Assembly (NCBI RefSeq): GCF_047972865.1
Contig: NZ_JBKEAY010000072.1
Location: forward strand, 959 to 64,958
Source: Microbacterium sp.
GTDB lineage: Bacteria > Actinomycetota > Actinomycetes > Actinomycetales > Microbacteriaceae
Length of the DNA: 64,000 bases
Direction: 5' to 3'
In this document: one piece after another, positions 48,518 through 59,795 of the stretch
How positions within the stretch are numbered: position 1 is the stretch's first letter
How the letters are laid out: every line of letters begins with the position of its first letter
Position numbers and translations under genes: made by a program
The notes under the pieces: generated by a model
Told to the model about the DNA's origin: nothing
The model's database searches: none
What the model saw: the letters and a program-made list of their open reading frames with translations, nothing else

Positions 48518-49906
48518 GTGAGCGCCTTGCTGTGTTCCCGTCGGCACTCGTTGCTGACCGGTATCGCCGCCGCAATGGTCATCGCCGTCAGTGCGTGCAG
48601 CGCCGCTGCGCCGTCAGAGCCGACGGCCGGCCATCCGGTCGCGGGCGCCTTCGACGCCCCGGCCGACGCACCATTGGAGGTGTTCTTGTTCGAGGGCGGC
48701 TACGGCGCCACGTACGCGGACAGCTTCATCGACGTGTACCGTTCCACCCTGCCCGGATCCCGCGTCGCCGTGCATGCGGTGCAGGAGATCGCCACCCAGT
48801 TGCAGCCGCGCTTCGTCGCCGGCGACCCGCCCGACGTGATCGACAACTCCGGCGCCGCGATCGAGCTCACCACCCTCGTCGGCAGCGGGCAGCTCTACGA
48901 CCTCGGCGAGTTGCTGTCGGCCGCGTCGCTCGATGATCCCGGCACGAAGATCCAGGACACCCTCACCGCGGGTGCCGTCGAGACGGGGACCTTCGGCGAC
49001 CGGTTCGTCGCGCTGCCCTACGTCAACACCGTGTTCGGTCTCTGGTACTCGCAGGCACTATTCGACGAGAAGGGCTGGGAGGTGCCGCGAACATGGGCAG
49101 AGTTCCTCGCCCTGGGCGAGAAGGCCGCCGACCGCGGCATCGCCCTGATCGCCTACCCCGGGCAGGCCATCGGGTACGCCGGTGACATGTGGGTGGGACT
49201 GGCCGGCAAGGAAGGCGGCATCGACGTGCTGCGCGACCTCGACAACCTCGAGCCGGGGGCCTGGAGCGACCCCGCCGTCGTGGCGGCCTTCGATGCGCTC
49301 GCCGAACTCCACGAGCGCGGGATGGTGCTGTATGGCTCGGAGGCGCTGACCCATACCGAGGCACAGACGTCGTTCGTCCTCGGCGAGGCGCTGTTCTACC
49401 CGTGCGGCTCGTGGCTGGAGAACGAGATGAAGAAGGTCACCCCGGAGGGGTTCGAGATGGGGGTCGCGCCGTACCCCTTGCTCAGCCCGGATGCCGTGCT
49501 CGACGCCAGTGCCGTCGAAGTGACCCCGCGCGAGTTGTTCATCGTCCCGGCCGAGGCGAAGAACCCGCGCGGCGGACTGGAGTTTCTCCGGTCGATGCTG
49601 TCGCGACGGGCCGCGCACGATTTCTCCCAGCTGACCGGTGCGCCCACGGTGGTGAAGGGAGCGCTCGACGACGCCCACATGCCGCCGGGGCTGGCGTCGG
49701 CGATCGGGCTGATCGACGCCGCCACCGAGACCGATCTGCAGGTTCACTTCCGGGCCTGGTACCCCGATCTGCGCACGGCGTGGTTCGAGGCACTTGCGGA
49801 CGTGCTCACCGGGCGTGCCGATGCGCAGACGGTGAGCGAGCAGCTGCAGAGGGTCGCCGACGAAGTGCGCGCCGACAAGGACATCGTCAAGTACACGCGG
49901 GAGTGA
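48518..49906 (+). CDS. Sugar ABC transporter substrate-binding lipoprotein (NgcE-like)
   Basis: Lipobox VSAC; FEGGYG, LQPRFVAGDPPDVIDNSG and GSWLENE. Confidence 0.82.
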   Translation: MSALLCSRRHSLLTGIAAAMVIAVSACSAAAPSEPTAGHPVAGAFDAPADAPLEVFLFEGGYGATYADSFIDVYRSTLPGSRVAVHAVQEIATQLQPRFVAGDPPDVIDNSGAAIELTTLVGSGQLYDLGELLSAASLDDPGTKIQDTLTAGAVETGTFGDRFVALPYVNTVFGLWYSQALFDEKGWEVPRTWAEFLALGEKAADRGIALIAYPGQAIGYAGDMWVGLAGKEGGIDVLRDLDNLEPGAWSDPAVVAAFDALAELHERGMVLYGSEALTHTEAQTSFVLGEALFYPCGSWLENEMKKVTPEGFEMGVAPYPLLSPDAVLDASAVEVTPRELFIVPAEAKNPRGGLEFLRSMLSRRAAHDFSQLTGAPTVVKGALDDAHMPPGLASAIGLIDAATETDLQVHFRAWYPDLRTAWFEALADVLTGRADAQTVSEQLQRVADEVRADKDIVKYTRE

Positions 49907-49911
49907 TCGCC

Positions 49912-50832
49912 ATGGCACGCGGTCGCACCCGCTTCCTCGTCGCGTTTCTGGCGCTGCCGCTGCTGCTGTACGGGACGTTCGTGCTCTACCCCGCCGCGAG
50001 GGGCGTGGTGGTGTCGTTCACGGACTGGAGCGGCTACTCGCACGAAAGTGCGTTCATCGGGTTCGACAACTACGTCGAACTCGTCGGGGACGAGCGGTTC
50101 TGGGCCGCGCTGGTGCACAACCTCGTCTACTTCGTCGTCCTCCCGCCGGTGACGCTCGGCATCGCGCTGTTCTTCGCGGTGGTCACCCACATCGCCGGGG
50201 GGCGCCGCGGACGCATCGGGCCCGTCGCCGGTTCGAGGTTCTACTCGGTGGTGTTCTTCTTGCCGAACATCCTGCCGCTGATCATGAGCTTGATCCTGTG
50301 GCAGTTCATCTTCAATCCGCGCATCGGTCTGCTCAACGCGGTGCTGGAGGCGATGGGGCTGGAGGGATGGGTTCGGACGTGGCTCGGTGACCCGGACACG
50401 GCGCGCTGGGCGATCTTCTCGGTTCTGGTGTGGGGCACGATGGGCTTTTTCTATGTCTTCTTCTCGGCGGCGATCTCGGGCATCCCTCGGGACTACCTCG
50501 AGGCGGGGCAGTTGGACGGCGCGGGCAGGTTCCGGCTCTCGTTCAGCGTCACCCTGCCGATGATGCGCGAGTCGCTGCAGGTCGCCTGGGTCTACGTCGG
50601 GATCTTCGCGCTCGACGTGTTCGCCACGGTCGCCCTGCTCACGCCCAACGGCGGCCCGGACGGGTCGACGGACGTGACCGCCACCTACATGCAGCGGGTG
50701 GCGTTCGCGGAAGGGCGATTCGGGTACGGCGCGACGATCGGCGTCGCCCTCGCCGTGATCACGCTGGCGTTCGCGTTCCTCGCGTTCCGTCTCGGCCGGC
50801 GCGAGCGGATCGAATACGAGGAGGTCGGATGA
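49912..50832 (+). CDS. Carbohydrate ABC transporter permease
   Basis: SFTDWSG, GFDNY and EAA loop EAGQLDGA. Confidence 0.9.
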   Translation: MARGRTRFLVAFLALPLLLYGTFVLYPAARGVVVSFTDWSGYSHESAFIGFDNYVELVGDERFWAALVHNLVYFVVLPPVTLGIALFFAVVTHIAGGRRGRIGPVAGSRFYSVVFFLPNILPLIMSLILWQFIFNPRIGLLNAVLEAMGLEGWVRTWLGDPDTARWAIFSVLVWGTMGFFYVFFSAAISGIPRDYLEAGQLDGAGRFRLSFSVTLPMMRESLQVAWVYVGIFALDVFATVALLTPNGGPDGSTDVTATYMQRVAFAEGRFGYGATIGVALAVITLAFAFLAFRLGRRERIEYEEVG

Positions 50833-51743
50833 CGCTTGCCCCGTGCGCAGCGGCCTCCGCCCTGGCCGCGCCATCGCCGCGTGCGCGCTTGCGGCGATGG
50901 CGTCCCCTGCGCGCGCTGTCCGAGTCGCTCGGGCAGACGGTCGCCCAGATCTTCCTGGCGCTCTGGGCGGTCATCGCGCTGGTCCCGGTCCTGTGGGCGA
51001 TGGTGAGCTCGCTCAAGAGCGATGCCGAGATCTTCACCTCGCCGTGGTCGCTGCCCGACCAGCTGCACTGGGACAATTACGCGCGGGCGTGGAACGAGGC
51101 GCACCTGGGCACTTTCTTCGTCAACACCGTCGTGGTCGTCGGCGGTGCGCTGGCGCTGACGATGCTGCTGGGCACGATGGCCGCCTACGCGCTGGGACGG
51201 TTCGAGTTCCGGTTGAACCGGGCGATCTTCCTGCTGTTCCTGGTGGGGTTGATGTTCCCGATCTTCCTCGCCCTGGTGCCGCTGTTCGACGTCGTCGATC
51301 AGCTGGGTCTGCTGGGAACCCGCATCGGGCTGATCCTGGTGCTCGCCGCCCACGACCTCCCGTTCACGGTGTTCTTCCTGGTGGGGTTCTTCCGGGTGCT
51401 GCCGCACACCGTCGCGGAGGCTGCGCGCCTGGACGGCTGCAGCCACTTCCAGACGTATTGGCGGGTCATGCTGCCGATGGCCCGCCCGGGGGTGACGAGC
51501 GTCATGATCTTCAACTTCCTCGGGCTGTGGAACAACTACCTGCTGCCGCTGGTCCTCAATCCCGACCCGGAGAAGTTCGTCATCTCGCAGGGGCTGGCCT
51601 CGCTCGCGGTGTCGCAGGGGTACGCCGCCGACTTCAGCGCCCTGTTCGCCGGGCTCGTGCTCGCCATGCTGCCGATCTTGGCGTTCTACCTCGCGTTTCA
51701 CCACCAGATCCAGGGCGGATTGACCCTAGGGATACGCCGATGA
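50829..51743 (+). CDS. Carbohydrate ABC transporter permease
   Basis: EAARLDG, LPMARPG and WNNY. Confidence 0.9.
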   Translation: MTLAPCAAASALAAPSPRARLRRWRPLRALSESLGQTVAQIFLALWAVIALVPVLWAMVSSLKSDAEIFTSPWSLPDQLHWDNYARAWNEAHLGTFFVNTVVVVGGALALTMLLGTMAAYALGRFEFRLNRAIFLLFLVGLMFPIFLALVPLFDVVDQLGLLGTRIGLILVLAAHDLPFTVFFLVGFFRVLPHTVAEAARLDGCSHFQTYWRVMLPMARPGVTSVMIFNFLGLWNNYLLPLVLNPDPEKFVISQGLASLAVSQGYAADFSALFAGLVLAMLPILAFYLAFHHQIQGGLTLGIRR

Positions 51744-52750
51744 CCCGCCGCCCTGCCGTCGCGTTCGCGATGCTCTCCGAGTTCGTTCCGCAGCTGTTTC
51801 CGCCACAGCAACTCGCCCGCCTGCGGCAGTGTGCGACGTTGCTCAGCCCCCGCCCGCTCACCGACCCCCTCGCGCGGGACGAGGCGGTCATCTTCCGGGA
51901 CGCGGAACTGCTGCTCACCGGGTGGGGTGCGCCCGTGCTCACGCGCGAGGTGCTCGACGTCGCCCCGTACCTGCGCGGCGTGGTGCACTGCGCCGGAACG
52001 GTCAAGGGCATCGTCACACCGGACCTGTTCGCCCGCGGCATCGCCGTGACCTCCGCGGCGGGGATCAACGCGTTCCCGGTTGCCGAGTACGCGCTGTCGG
52101 CGATCCTCTCCGCGGGCAAGCGGTTGCGTGAGGTGGAAGGGACTTTCCGCCGGGCGCGCGCGGACTGGGACCCCGCCATGTTGCCCGCCGACATGGGCAA
52201 CCACGGTCGCGTCATCGGGATCGTCGGGGCCTCGCGGGTGGGGCGGCGGCTGCTCGGGATGTTGCGCGCGCACGACTATCACGTGCTCATCTACGACGTG
52301 TTCATCTCCGCCTCGGAGGCCTGGGCGCTGGGCGCGCGGAAGGTGGAGCTCGACGAGTTGTGCGCGTCGGCGTCGATAGTGTCGTTGCATGCGCCGGCGC
52401 TCCCCAGCACGCATCACATGATCGACGCCCGGCGGCTGGAGCTGATGCCCGACGGGGCGACGCTCATCAACACGGCACGCGGCTCCCTGCTGGACCAGAA
52501 GGCGCTGGAGCGGGAGCTGGTGTCCGGCCGGTTGCGCGCGGTCCTGGACGTGACCGAGCCGCAGCCGCTGCCCAGCGACTCCCCGCTGTACGAGCTGCCG
52601 AACGTCACCCTCACCCCGCACATCGCCGGGTCGATCGGCAACGAGCTCGAACGCATCGGTGCGGCGGCGGTCGACGAGGTCGCCAGGTACGCCGCCGGGC
52701 GGCGGTTCGCGCGCGAGATCGACGCCCACTCGCTGAGCACGCAGGCATGA
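51740..52750 (+). CDS. D-2-hydroxyacid dehydrogenase family protein
   Basis: GASRVG, LHAP, INTARG, LDVTEP and TPHIAG. Confidence 0.9.
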   Translation: MTRRPAVAFAMLSEFVPQLFPPQQLARLRQCATLLSPRPLTDPLARDEAVIFRDAELLLTGWGAPVLTREVLDVAPYLRGVVHCAGTVKGIVTPDLFARGIAVTSAAGINAFPVAEYALSAILSAGKRLREVEGTFRRARADWDPAMLPADMGNHGRVIGIVGASRVGRRLLGMLRAHDYHVLIYDVFISASEAWALGARKVELDELCASASIVSLHAPALPSTHHMIDARRLELMPDGATLINTARGSLLDQKALERELVSGRLRAVLDVTEPQPLPSDSPLYELPNVTLTPHIAGSIGNELERIGAAAVDEVARYAAGRRFAREIDAHSLSTQA

Positions 52751-52789
52751 GCACGCAGGCGTGAGCGCGCAGGCATGAGCGCGCGCGGC
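52734..52789 (+). repeat. Tandem repeat, 4 x 14 nt, spanning a stop codon
   Basis: tgagcacgcaggca / tgagcacgcaggcg / tgagcgcgcaggca / tgagcgcgcgcggc. Confidence 0.8.
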
Positions 52790-52850
52790 GTCGCCTCGTA
52801 GGCTACGAGGGGCGCCACCAGGGCGGTGGCCGGCGCGGCGGAGGGCATGA

Positions 52851-53951
52851 ATGCGGGTCGTCAGCGCACTCGACAGTTTCAAGGAATCGATCCCCGCGGC
52901 GGCGGCCGTCGACGCCGTCGCCGCGGGGTGGCGGGATGTCGACGCCGCCGCCACTGTGGCCGTCCGGCCGATGGCGGACGGCGGTGAGGGGACCCTCGAC
53001 GCGTTCGCCACCCTTGACGGCGCGGTGCGACGGACGGTGACCGTGACCGGGCCCCACGCCGGTTCGGTCGCGGCCTCCTGGGTGCTCCTGCCGAGCCGCA
53101 CCGGAGTCGTCGAACTGGCTTCGACGAGCGGGATCGAGCTGCTCGGCCACGCACGTATGCCGTGGGATGCGGACACCACCGGGTTCGGTGAGACCATCGG
53201 TGCGGCGCTGGACGCCGGTGTCCACCGGCTGGTGCTCGGCATCGGTTCCAGCGCCTCCACGGACGGGGGCATCGGCATGCTTGCGGCACTCGGCGCGCGC
53301 CTGGTCGACGTCTCCGGTCGCCCGGTGTCTCGGGGCGCACGTGGACTGGAACAGGTGGCGTCGGTCGACCTGTCGGGGCTTCGCGAGCTGCCGCGTGGGG
53401 GCGTGCGGGTGCTCACCGACGTCACGAACCCGCTGATCGGTCCGCGAGGCGCGGCCGCGGTGTTCGGACCGCAGAAGGGAGTGCGTCCCGCCGACGTGTC
53501 GCGGCTGGATGCCGCGCTCGCCGCCTACGCCGCGGTTGTGGGCGGCGATCCCGCCGCCCACGGGGCCGGTGCGGCCGGGGGGACCGGCTTCGCCTTGCGG
53601 GCCTGGGGAGCCGAGCTCGTGTCCGGGGCCGGCGAGGTGGCCGCGCTCGTCGGGCTGCCCGACGCGATCGCCGCCGCAGACCTCGTGGTGACCGGGGAAG
53701 GAGCGTTCGACGCGTCGTCCGTGCAGGGAAAAGCGGCGGGCGCGGTCGCCGCGCTCGCCGCCGCAGCGGGCATCCCGGTGGCGCTGGTGGCGGGCCGGGT
53801 GGATGCGGGTGCCGACGTGTCGGCGTTCACCGAGGTCGTGTCGCTGTCCGCGCTCGCCGGCAGCGCGGCAGCGGCGCTGGCGCAGCCCGCGCGTTGGTTG
53901 CGCGCCGCGGGTGTTCAGCTGGCCCGCGGCGCGCGACGTCTCACGCCCTGA
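52851..53951 (+). CDS. Glycerate kinase
   Basis: [33 protein letters not shown] and TGEG. Confidence 0.92.
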   Translation: MRVVSALDSFKESIPAAAAVDAVAAGWRDVDAAATVAVRPMADGGEGTLDAFATLDGAVRRTVTVTGPHAGSVAASWVLLPSRTGVVELASTSGIELLGHARMPWDADTTGFGETIGAALDAGVHRLVLGIGSSASTDGGIGMLAALGARLVDVSGRPVSRGARGLEQVASVDLSGLRELPRGGVRVLTDVTNPLIGPRGAAAVFGPQKGVRPADVSRLDAALAAYAAVVGGDPAAHGAGAAGGTGFALRAWGAELVSGAGEVAALVGLPDAIAAADLVVTGEGAFDASSVQGKAAGAVAALAAAAGIPVALVAGRVDAGADVSAFTEVVSLSALAGSAAAALAQPARWLRAAGVQLARGARRLTP

Positions 53952-55926
53952 TCCGGCGAAGCGCCATCAGCAGCAGACCGGCGGCGACGAGTCCGCCGGC
54001 GAGAACCAACGAGAACACGGGGGCGTCGCCGCCGGTAGCCGGCAGACTCGCGGCGGATGTCGCGGTCGGCACCGGGATCGGGGTTCTCGTCGGCGCGGGC
54101 GTCGCGGTGGCCGTCGCCGTCGGTTCCGGCGTCGGCAGGACGACGGCGCCGGTCGGCGTCGGACTCGGGGTCGGGGTGACGGCAGGTTCCGGTGGGGGCG
54201 TCACCGCAGGTTCCGGTGTGGGGGTGGGTGTCGGTGTGGGGCTGACGGTCGGTTCCGGTGTGGGGGTGACGGTCGGTTCCGGTGTGGGGGTGGGTGTCGG
54301 CGTCAGTGCAGTGTTGACGAAGGTGCACGTGACGTCGGCGCCCGCGGCGAGGGTGATGGTCGCGTCTGCGGTGAACGGCACCGGCTTGGCGGTGGCGTAC
54401 GCGCAGGACAGCTCGGTCAGCTCGTACCCGTTCGGACCGTTCGCCTCGCTCAGCGCATACGTGCCTGCCGTGACGGTTGCAGCGGTGACCGCGTCGCTGC
54501 CGGTGAGGCCCGCGATCGTGGTCGGGCCGTCGGCCGCGAGTGTCCACGCGGCGGGGTCGGCGTCGCCGGCGACCGCATTCACGAGCGTCAGTTGCGCGGT
54601 CGTGAGTGCCCGGTTCGTGACGGTGCACGACGCAGAGACGCCCGAGTCGAGGTCGAGGTACCCGTCGGCGGTGAGTACCGAGATCCCGTCGCCGTCGACA
54701 CACGCGATATCGGCCAGTTCATACCCGGCGGGGAGGTCCACCTCGCTCAGGCGGTATAGGCCCGGCTCGACCCTGCCCGCGTCGTGGGTCCCGGTGCCGC
54801 CGGTGGTGCTGATCGAGAATGACTGCCCGTTTGTGGGGTCATCGGCGAGAGGGACGAGCGACTGGTCCTGCTCGACCAGCCCGAAAGTGAAGTCGCTGTC
54901 GGGCAGGTCTTCCACCGACGCGGCCACGGCGACGGTGGCCGGGGTGAGGGTGCCGAGGATGCACATCTCGTTGTCCGCCCCCTCGGCGGTGTAGATCAGC
55001 GGACCATCGATGACGTGCGTCGGGTCGCACCGTCCATCATCGTCGAGCATCGCCCAGCCGGCGATCTGCACCGATACGGAGGTCTGGCCCCACTGCAGGG
55101 TCGGCAGTGCGCCGCCGGCGTCACCGATCGGGGAGATGTAGACGCTATCCGCACAGTCGACGCGCCAGGCGCCGGGGGCTTCGGCGGACGGGTAGGGCCC
55201 GACGTTGAGGTCGACGGCCCAGGCCGGGACCTGCGGCCGATCGGTCGCTCCGTGCGGGGCGTGCTCGTTGTATTTCGGGTTGCCGAATTCATCGACCGGT
55301 GAGAACTCGCACTGAGTGGTGGCAAGGCCGGCGGGCGGTGCGGGGGTGAAGCTGAATCCGTACTTCTCGCCGGACTCCTGGACCTCTATGCGGTAGGAGG
55401 CGTGCAGCGTGCCGGACTGCGTGGGATCCCACGGGTCGGTGAACGTGAGGGAGGTGTGCAGATCGGCCCAGTGCATCGAACTTCTCGCGCCGACGGTGCG
55501 GTTGTAGTGGAAGAAGCGACCCAGCTCGAAGTACTCGTTCGCGCCGAATGAGGACGACACTCCCGTGAACCCCAGGCCGGACGAATCCGACGGGTTCGGG
55601 TTGCACGGAGGGGTGCCCGCGATGGTGCTGCCTGCGCGGAGTTCGTTGTGGGCGCCCGGGTCGGTCCCCTGGTCCGATTCCGCGAGCGGCACGCTGGCCG
55701 TGCCGAACGTCACCGGGTCGCCGGTGCCGTAGCGGACGCACGGTGGGGTCGCGCCCCGGTCCGGACGGAGCGGATCGCTGAAGGTGCCGACGGACTCGAC
55801 CAGCAGCTCGGTGCCGCTGACCGCGGCGGCGCGCTCGCCGGTGGCGGATGCCGCGACCAGGCCGACGGCGAGCATGCCGAGGACGAGCGCGGGAGTGACG
55901 AACGCACGGGTGAAGGACGCGGGCAC
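53941..55926 (-). CDS. Sortase-anchored (LPATG) cell-surface protein with pilin/prealbumin-like domains and a Pro/Thr linker
   Basis: Signal peptide; Y.LSE...GY and CT(V/F)(T/V)N repeats; TPTPTPEP linker; LPATG followed by a TM helix and RRIRA. Confidence 0.85.
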   Translation of the reverse strand: MPASFTRAFVTPALVLGMLAVGLVAASATGERAAAVSGTELLVESVGTFSDPLRPDRGATPPCVRYGTGDPVTFGTASVPLAESDQGTDPGAHNELRAGSTIAGTPPCNPNPSDSSGLGFTGVSSSFGANEYFELGRFFHYNRTVGARSSMHWADLHTSLTFTDPWDPTQSGTLHASYRIEVQESGEKYGFSFTPAPPAGLATTQCEFSPVDEFGNPKYNEHAPHGATDRPQVPAWAVDLNVGPYPSAEAPGAWRVDCADSVYISPIGDAGGALPTLQWGQTSVSVQIAGWAMLDDDGRCDPTHVIDGPLIYTAEGADNEMCILGTLTPATVAVAASVEDLPDSDFTFGLVEQDQSLVPLADDPTNGQSFSISTTGGTGTHDAGRVEPGLYRLSEVDLPAGYELADIACVDGDGISVLTADGYLDLDSGVSASCTVTNRALTTAQLTLVNAVAGDADPAAWTLAADGPTTIAGLTGSDAVTAATVTAGTYALSEANGPNGYELTELSCAYATAKPVPFTADATITLAAGADVTCTFVNTALTPTPTPTPEPTVTPTPEPTVSPTPTPTPTPEPAVTPPPEPAVTPTPSPTPTGAVVLPTPEPTATATATPAPTRTPIPVPTATSAASLPATGGDAPVFSLVLAGGLVAAGLLLMALRRIRA

Positions 55927-56044
55927 AGTTCTTCCGGGGAGGTTGGCATCGGGTTACCAGAGAAACGATCATAACCGTGGAAACCTGAGCCATCTGAGCG
56001 AATGATCACTTCACCCTGGACGGGTTAACGCGCGTCGTGACGGG

Positions 56045-57685
56045 TCACTCCTTCAGCGCTGCCGTCACGACGGCACGCGCCTCCGCCTGGACCTGCGCGA
56101 GGTGTTCGCCTCCCTTGAGCGATTCGGCATACAGTTTGTACACGTCCTCGGTCCCGGAGGGGCGCGCGGCGAACCAGGCGTGCTCGGTCTGCACTTTGAG
56201 CCCACCGATGCCCGCGCCGTTGCCGGGCGCGTGCGACAGCTTCGCAGTGATCGGTTCCCCGGCCAGCTCGGTCGCCGTCACCGACTCCGGCGACAGGCTC
56301 GCCAGTGCCGCCTTCTGCGCCGGTGTCGCGGGCGCGTCCACGCGCTGATAGGCCGCGGCGCCGAACTGCTCCTCCAGCTCCGCGTAGCGCTGCGACGGCG
56401 TCTTTCCGGTGACCGCGAGGATCTCGGCGGCGAGCAGGCACAGCAGGATGCCGTCCTTGTCGGTGGTCCAGACGGTGCCGTCGGTGCGCAGGAACGACGC
56501 TCCCGCGGACTCCTCGCCGCCGAAGGCGACCGACCCGTCGAGCAGGCCCGGCACGAACCACTTGAACCCGACCGGCACTTCGAGCAGGGTGCGGCCCAGC
56601 GCCGCCGTGACCCGGTCGATGATCATCGACGACACGAGCGTCTTGCCGACGGCGGCGTCGACGGGCCACCCGGGACGGTGCGCGTACAGGTAGTCGATCG
56701 CTACCGCGAGGTAGTGGTTGGGGTTCATCAGCCCCGCGTCGGGGGTGACGATGCCGTGCCGGTCGGCGTCGGCGTCGTTTCCGGTGAGGATGTCGTATTC
56801 GTCGCGACGAGCCACCAGGGCGGCCATCGCCGACGGCGACGACGGGTCCATGCGGATCTTCTCGTCCCAGTCCAGCGTCATGAATCGCCACGTCGGGTCG
56901 ACCTCGGGGTTGACGACGGTGAGGTCCAGGTCGTGCAGCTCGGCGATGCGTGCCCAGTAGTCGACCGAGGCGCCGCCGAGCGGGTCGGCCCCGATCCGCA
57001 CTCCCGCGCGGCGGATGGCGTCGATGTCGATGATCTGTGCGAGGTCGCGCACGTACGCGTCACGGAAGTCGTAGCCGGCGAGCGTGTCGACGTCGATGTC
57101 GGCGAAGCGGGTGCGCTGTACACCGGCCAGCCCGCCCTCGATCAGTCGGTTCGCACGCTCGGCGATCCACCCGGTCGCGTCGGTGTCGGCCGGACCGCCG
57201 TGGGGCGGGTTGTATTTGAAGCCGCCGTCGCGCGGCGGGTTGTGCGACGGGGTCACGACGATGCCGTCGGCGCGGCCGGCGTCGCCGGCATCCCGGCCCC
57301 GGTTGTAGGACAGGATGGCGAGACTGAGCGCCGGCGTCGGCACCCACGAGTCTCGCGAGTCCACGCGCACGTCGATGCCGTTGGCGACGAGCACTTCGAT
57401 CGCCGAACGTTCCGCCGGTCGTGAGAGCGCGTGGGTGTCGCGGCCCAGGAACAACGGGCCGGTGATGCCCTGCGCGGCGCGGTAGTCGGCGATCGCCTGC
57501 GTCGTGGCGAGGATGTGGTCTTCGTTGAAACTCGTCGACAGCGACGATCCGCGGTGGCCGCTCGTGCCGAATGCCACCCGCTGCGCGGGGACGTTCGGAT
57601 CCGGCTTCAGGTCGTAGTACGCGGCGATGAGCTCGTCGACGTCGACGAGGTCGGATTCTTCAGCGGGGTGTCCTGCGCGACTCAT
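56045..57685 (-). CDS. pgm: Phosphoglucomutase (alpha-D-glucose-1,6-bisphosphate-dependent)
   Basis: [26 protein letters not shown] and RPSGTE. Confidence 0.96.
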   Translation of the reverse strand: MSRAGHPAEESDLVDVDELIAAYYDLKPDPNVPAQRVAFGTSGHRGSSLSTSFNEDHILATTQAIADYRAAQGITGPLFLGRDTHALSRPAERSAIEVLVANGIDVRVDSRDSWVPTPALSLAILSYNRGRDAGDAGRADGIVVTPSHNPPRDGGFKYNPPHGGPADTDATGWIAERANRLIEGGLAGVQRTRFADIDVDTLAGYDFRDAYVRDLAQIIDIDAIRRAGVRIGADPLGGASVDYWARIAELHDLDLTVVNPEVDPTWRFMTLDWDEKIRMDPSSPSAMAALVARRDEYDILTGNDADADRHGIVTPDAGLMNPNHYLAVAIDYLYAHRPGWPVDAAVGKTLVSSMIIDRVTAALGRTLLEVPVGFKWFVPGLLDGSVAFGGEESAGASFLRTDGTVWTTDKDGILLCLLAAEILAVTGKTPSQRYAELEEQFGAAAYQRVDAPATPAQKAALASLSPESVTATELAGEPITAKLSHAPGNGAGIGGLKVQTEHAWFAARPSGTEDVYKLYAESLKGGEHLAQVQAEARAVVTAALKE

Positions 57686-57805
57686 GGGAACCAGTCTGCC
57701 TCTTCTGTGGGGGACGGGGAATGCGGGTGGGGGATCCTCAGGGCGAGGTCACGCCCCGAGCCTAGCGAGCCGGAGCGCCGCGGGCACGGCGACTAGGCTG
57801 TGCGG

Positions 57806-58753
57806 GTGACCACTGCCGAGCGCCGTACTTACAGCTACCTGGGCCCCGCGGGCACGTTCACGGAGGCGGCGCTGCGGCAGGTCCCCGAGGCGCGCGGTCA
57901 GATCTGGCATCCGGTCCGCAATGTGGGCGAGGCACTCAGCGGCGTCGTGTCGGGTCGCTCGGATGCCGCGATGATCGCGATCGAGAACTCCGTCGACGGC
58001 GGGGTGTCGACGGCGCAGGACGCGCTGGCGACGATGCCGGGCGTGCGGATCGTCGGCGAGTACCTCGTTCCGGTGAACTTCGTGCTGGTGGGGCGGCGCG
58101 GCACGCGACTGGGCGACGTGTCGCTCGTGGCTGCGCATCCGGTCGCCTACGCGCAGTGCCTGCAATGGCTGACCGCGACCCTTCCCGAGCACTCGCACCT
58201 GCCCGCCGCGAGCAACGTCGCCTCGGCCGTGGGACTGGTCGATGGCTCCAGCGACGCCGACGCGGCCATCGCGCCCCCCGGCATCCTCGACCACTACGAC
58301 CTGGACCTGCTCGCCGAGGACATCGGCGACAACTCGCGCGCGGTCACCCGGTTCGTGCTGGTGGCCCGCACGGTGGCGCCGCCGGCGCCGACCGGTGCCG
58401 ACAAGACCTCCCTGATCGTCGAGTTGCCCGAGGAGTATCCCGGCGCGCTGATGGAGTTGCTGGAGCAGTTCGCCACCCGCGGCATCAACCTCTCGATGCT
58501 GGCCTCCCGCCCCATCGGCGACGCCCTGGGCCGGTACCGGTTCGTCATCGATGCCGACGGCCACATCCACGACGAGCGCGTGGCCGACGCCATGCTGGGG
58601 TTGCGACGGTTCAGCCCGCGGGTGATCTACCTGGGGTCGTACCCGCGCGCCGACCGGCAGGTCGTGCACTACCCGGACCGCTACTCCGACGACGTGTTCG
58701 TCGAGGCGCGCGACTGGCTGCGCGGGCTCCTCTCCGGCGCACCCGAGTCCTGA
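57806..58753 (+). CDS. pheA: Prephenate dehydratase
   Basis: YLGPAGTFTE, IENSVDG, TRF, ACT domain and LGSYP. Leaderless GTG start chosen. Confidence 0.94.
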   Translation: MTTAERRTYSYLGPAGTFTEAALRQVPEARGQIWHPVRNVGEALSGVVSGRSDAAMIAIENSVDGGVSTAQDALATMPGVRIVGEYLVPVNFVLVGRRGTRLGDVSLVAAHPVAYAQCLQWLTATLPEHSHLPAASNVASAVGLVDGSSDADAAIAPPGILDHYDLDLLAEDIGDNSRAVTRFVLVARTVAPPAPTGADKTSLIVELPEEYPGALMELLEQFATRGINLSMLASRPIGDALGRYRFVIDADGHIHDERVADAMLGLRRFSPRVIYLGSYPRADRQVVHYPDRYSDDVFVEARDWLRGLLSGAPES

Positions 58754-58760
58754 CGAGCGC

Positions 58761-59795
58761 TCACGCAGCGAGCAGCTCGAGGGTCTGGATGCGGCCGGAG
58801 GCGGCGTCGAGGGGCTCGGTGTCGCGCGCGGCGGCCACCGGCGAGATCATCACCTCGTCGACACCGTGCGCCGCGGCGAAGCGCGCCACCCGGTCGCGCA
58901 CATCGGGGCCGGTGCCGATGAACCAGCGCCGGCGGATGCCGTCGAGCATCGGGCCGGCCAGCCCGTCGGACGCCTCGGCGGCGGCGGCCTGTTCCACCGT
59001 CTCCAGCGGCACCAGCGGGCGGTTGCCGCGCAGCCGGGCCATCATGCGCGCCTGCGGCAGCATGCGGGAATCCGCTTCGTCGTCGGACGCCGCCGCCACC
59101 GCGTTGGCGGTGAGGAACGTGTGGGGCGCGTCGAGCGTCTCGCTCGGCTGGAACTGCGATCGGTACAGGTCGAGGGCGCGCTCCAGTCCGTCGCCGGAGA
59201 AGTGGTTCGCGAACACGTACGGCAGGCCGAGGGCCGCCGCCAGCTGCGCCGAGTAGTCGCTCGATCCCAGCAGCCACAGCTCCGGGGTGCCCACGGCGGC
59301 CGGCGTGGCGTGGACGTCGTACGTGCCGCCGGAGGTGAACCGCACCGTCGCGCCCTCCGCGGTCAGCAGCGACGCGATGTCGCGCACGTTGTCGGGGAAC
59401 CGGTCCACATCGCCGGTGGTGCCGGACTGGCGCAGCAACTGGGTGATCACCGGGTCGCTGCCCGGCGCTCGCCCGAGTCCGAGATCGATGCGGCCCGGGG
59501 CGAGGGCCTCGAGGGCGGCGAACTGCTCGGCGACGATCAGCGGTGCGTGGTTGGGGAGCATGACGCCGCCGGAGCCGACCCGGATGCGGTTCGTTCGCGC
59601 CGCCGCGGCCGATACCAGCACCGGCGGCACGGTCGAGGCGACGGCGGGCATGTTGTGGTGTTCGGCGAACCAGTACCGACGGTAGCCGAGGTCGTCGGCG
59701 CGGCGGGCCAGGTCGAGCGACGCGGCCATCGCCTGCGCGCTGGTCTGCCCGGTGCGCACGGGAACGAGGTCGAGGACGGACAGGGCGATGCTCAC
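58761..59795 (-). CDS. LLM class flavin-dependent oxidoreductase
   Basis: LSVLDL, WFAEHHN, GSGGVMLPNH and DLGLGRAPG; GTGA overlap with the photolyase. Confidence 0.9.
   Translation of the reverse strand: MSIALSVLDLVPVRTGQTSAQAMAASLDLARRADDLGYRRYWFAEHHNMPAVASTVPPVLVSAAAARTNRIRVGSGGVMLPNHAPLIVAEQFAALEALAPGRIDLGLGRAPGSDPVITQLLRQSGTTGDVDRFPDNVRDIASLLTAEGATVRFTSGGTYDVHATPAAVGTPELWLLGSSDYSAQLAAALGLPYVFANHFSGDGLERALDLYRSQFQPSETLDAPHTFLTANAVAAASDDEADSRMLPQARMMARLRGNRPLVPLETVEQAAAAEASDGLAGPMLDGIRRRWFIGTGPDVRDRVARFAAAHGVDEVMISPVAAARDTEPLDAASGRIQTLELLAA

Noticed and set aside
52734..52789. Possible CRISPR or mini-array
   Set aside because: The 14-nt units abut with no spacers, and no cas genes are present.
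54060..54310. Repetitive ggtgtgggggt tract
   Set aside because: It encodes the Pro/Thr linker of the LPXTG protein and is not an independent element.
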